A stretch of DNA of 56,303 nucleotides from Anaerolineae bacterium (lineage in GTDB: Bacteria > Chloroflexota > Anaerolineae > B4-G1 > DUEL01), in assembly GCA_034435295.1 (NCBI GenBank), contig DAOTYD010000239.1, positions 1 to 56,303 of the forward strand, given 5' to 3'. Position 1 is the stretch's first letter, and the number at the start of each line of letters is the position of its first letter. Shown here piece after piece: positions 56,092 through 56,303 of this stretch. The position numbers were made by a program, and so were the translations under genes. The notes beneath the pieces were generated by a model that was not told the DNA's origin, did not search any database, and was given only the letters and a program-made list of their open reading frames with translations.

Positions 56092-56303
56092 TCGCGTATC
56101 GCGTATCGCGTATCGCGTATCGCGTATCGCATATCACGTATCGCGTATCGCGTATCGCGTATCGCATATCGCATATCGCGTATCGCGTATCGCGTATCGC
56201 ATATCGGATATCGCGTATCGCGTATCGTGAATTGCGGTCGACGATTGGCGAGAGGCGATAAGCGAGAGGCGATAAGCGAGAGGCGATAAGCGAGAGGCGA
56301 TAG
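56066..56303. repeat. Large heptamer array (GCGTATC)x~23 followed by an opposite-orientation (GCGAGAG GCGATAA)x4, running off the window
   Basis: 56066-56227 has period 7 with point variants (gcatatc, gcggatc, acgtatc). 56248-56303 has period 14. Confidence 0.9.

Overview
This is a 56.3-kb, high-GC, gene-dense bacterial chromosomal window. The protein architectures loosely suggest a Chloroflexota-like organism, but I cannot verify that here. About 60 CDS can be supported, mostly on the minus strand. I found no rRNA, tRNA, CRISPR array, transposase or integrase. Gene content in order: a two-component/ParA cluster; uppP; hypE-hypD with a B12-radical-SAM gene and a SufR-like regulator; a penicillin-acylase homologue; and a complete N-type ATPase operon (atpDCQRBEFAG order) carrying an extra PII-like DarA/PstA c-di-AMP-receptor gene between atpA and atpG. 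Next come a pentose-phosphate cluster in which gnd and zwf have collapsed into one in-frame chimeric remnant, a PadR module, ridA, infA-rpsA, a surface protein with four PA14 domains, gyrA and a DHH-CBS-CCA enzyme. An ~8-kb thiol/Fe-S/oxygen-defence supercluster follows: ferritin-like x3, an FTR-rubredoxin fusion, a Grx-like protein, a Zn-ribbon protein, DsrE-like, TusA, an IscU-DUF59 fusion, NifS, rubrerythrin x2, a rubredoxin reductase, and a 52-aa rubredoxin missing from the ORF track. The window ends with aspS, glnA, a ttcA-like gene, rfbB, an acyltransferase and an MFS transporter. The most interesting signals are (1) the c-di-AMP receptor inside the N-ATPase operon, (2) a trp-style leader-peptide attenuator ([12 protein letters not shown]...) in front of aspS, and (3) several families of short tandem or palindromic intergenic repeats. 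Many long antisense ORFs in the track are high-GC shadow ORFs and were rejected.
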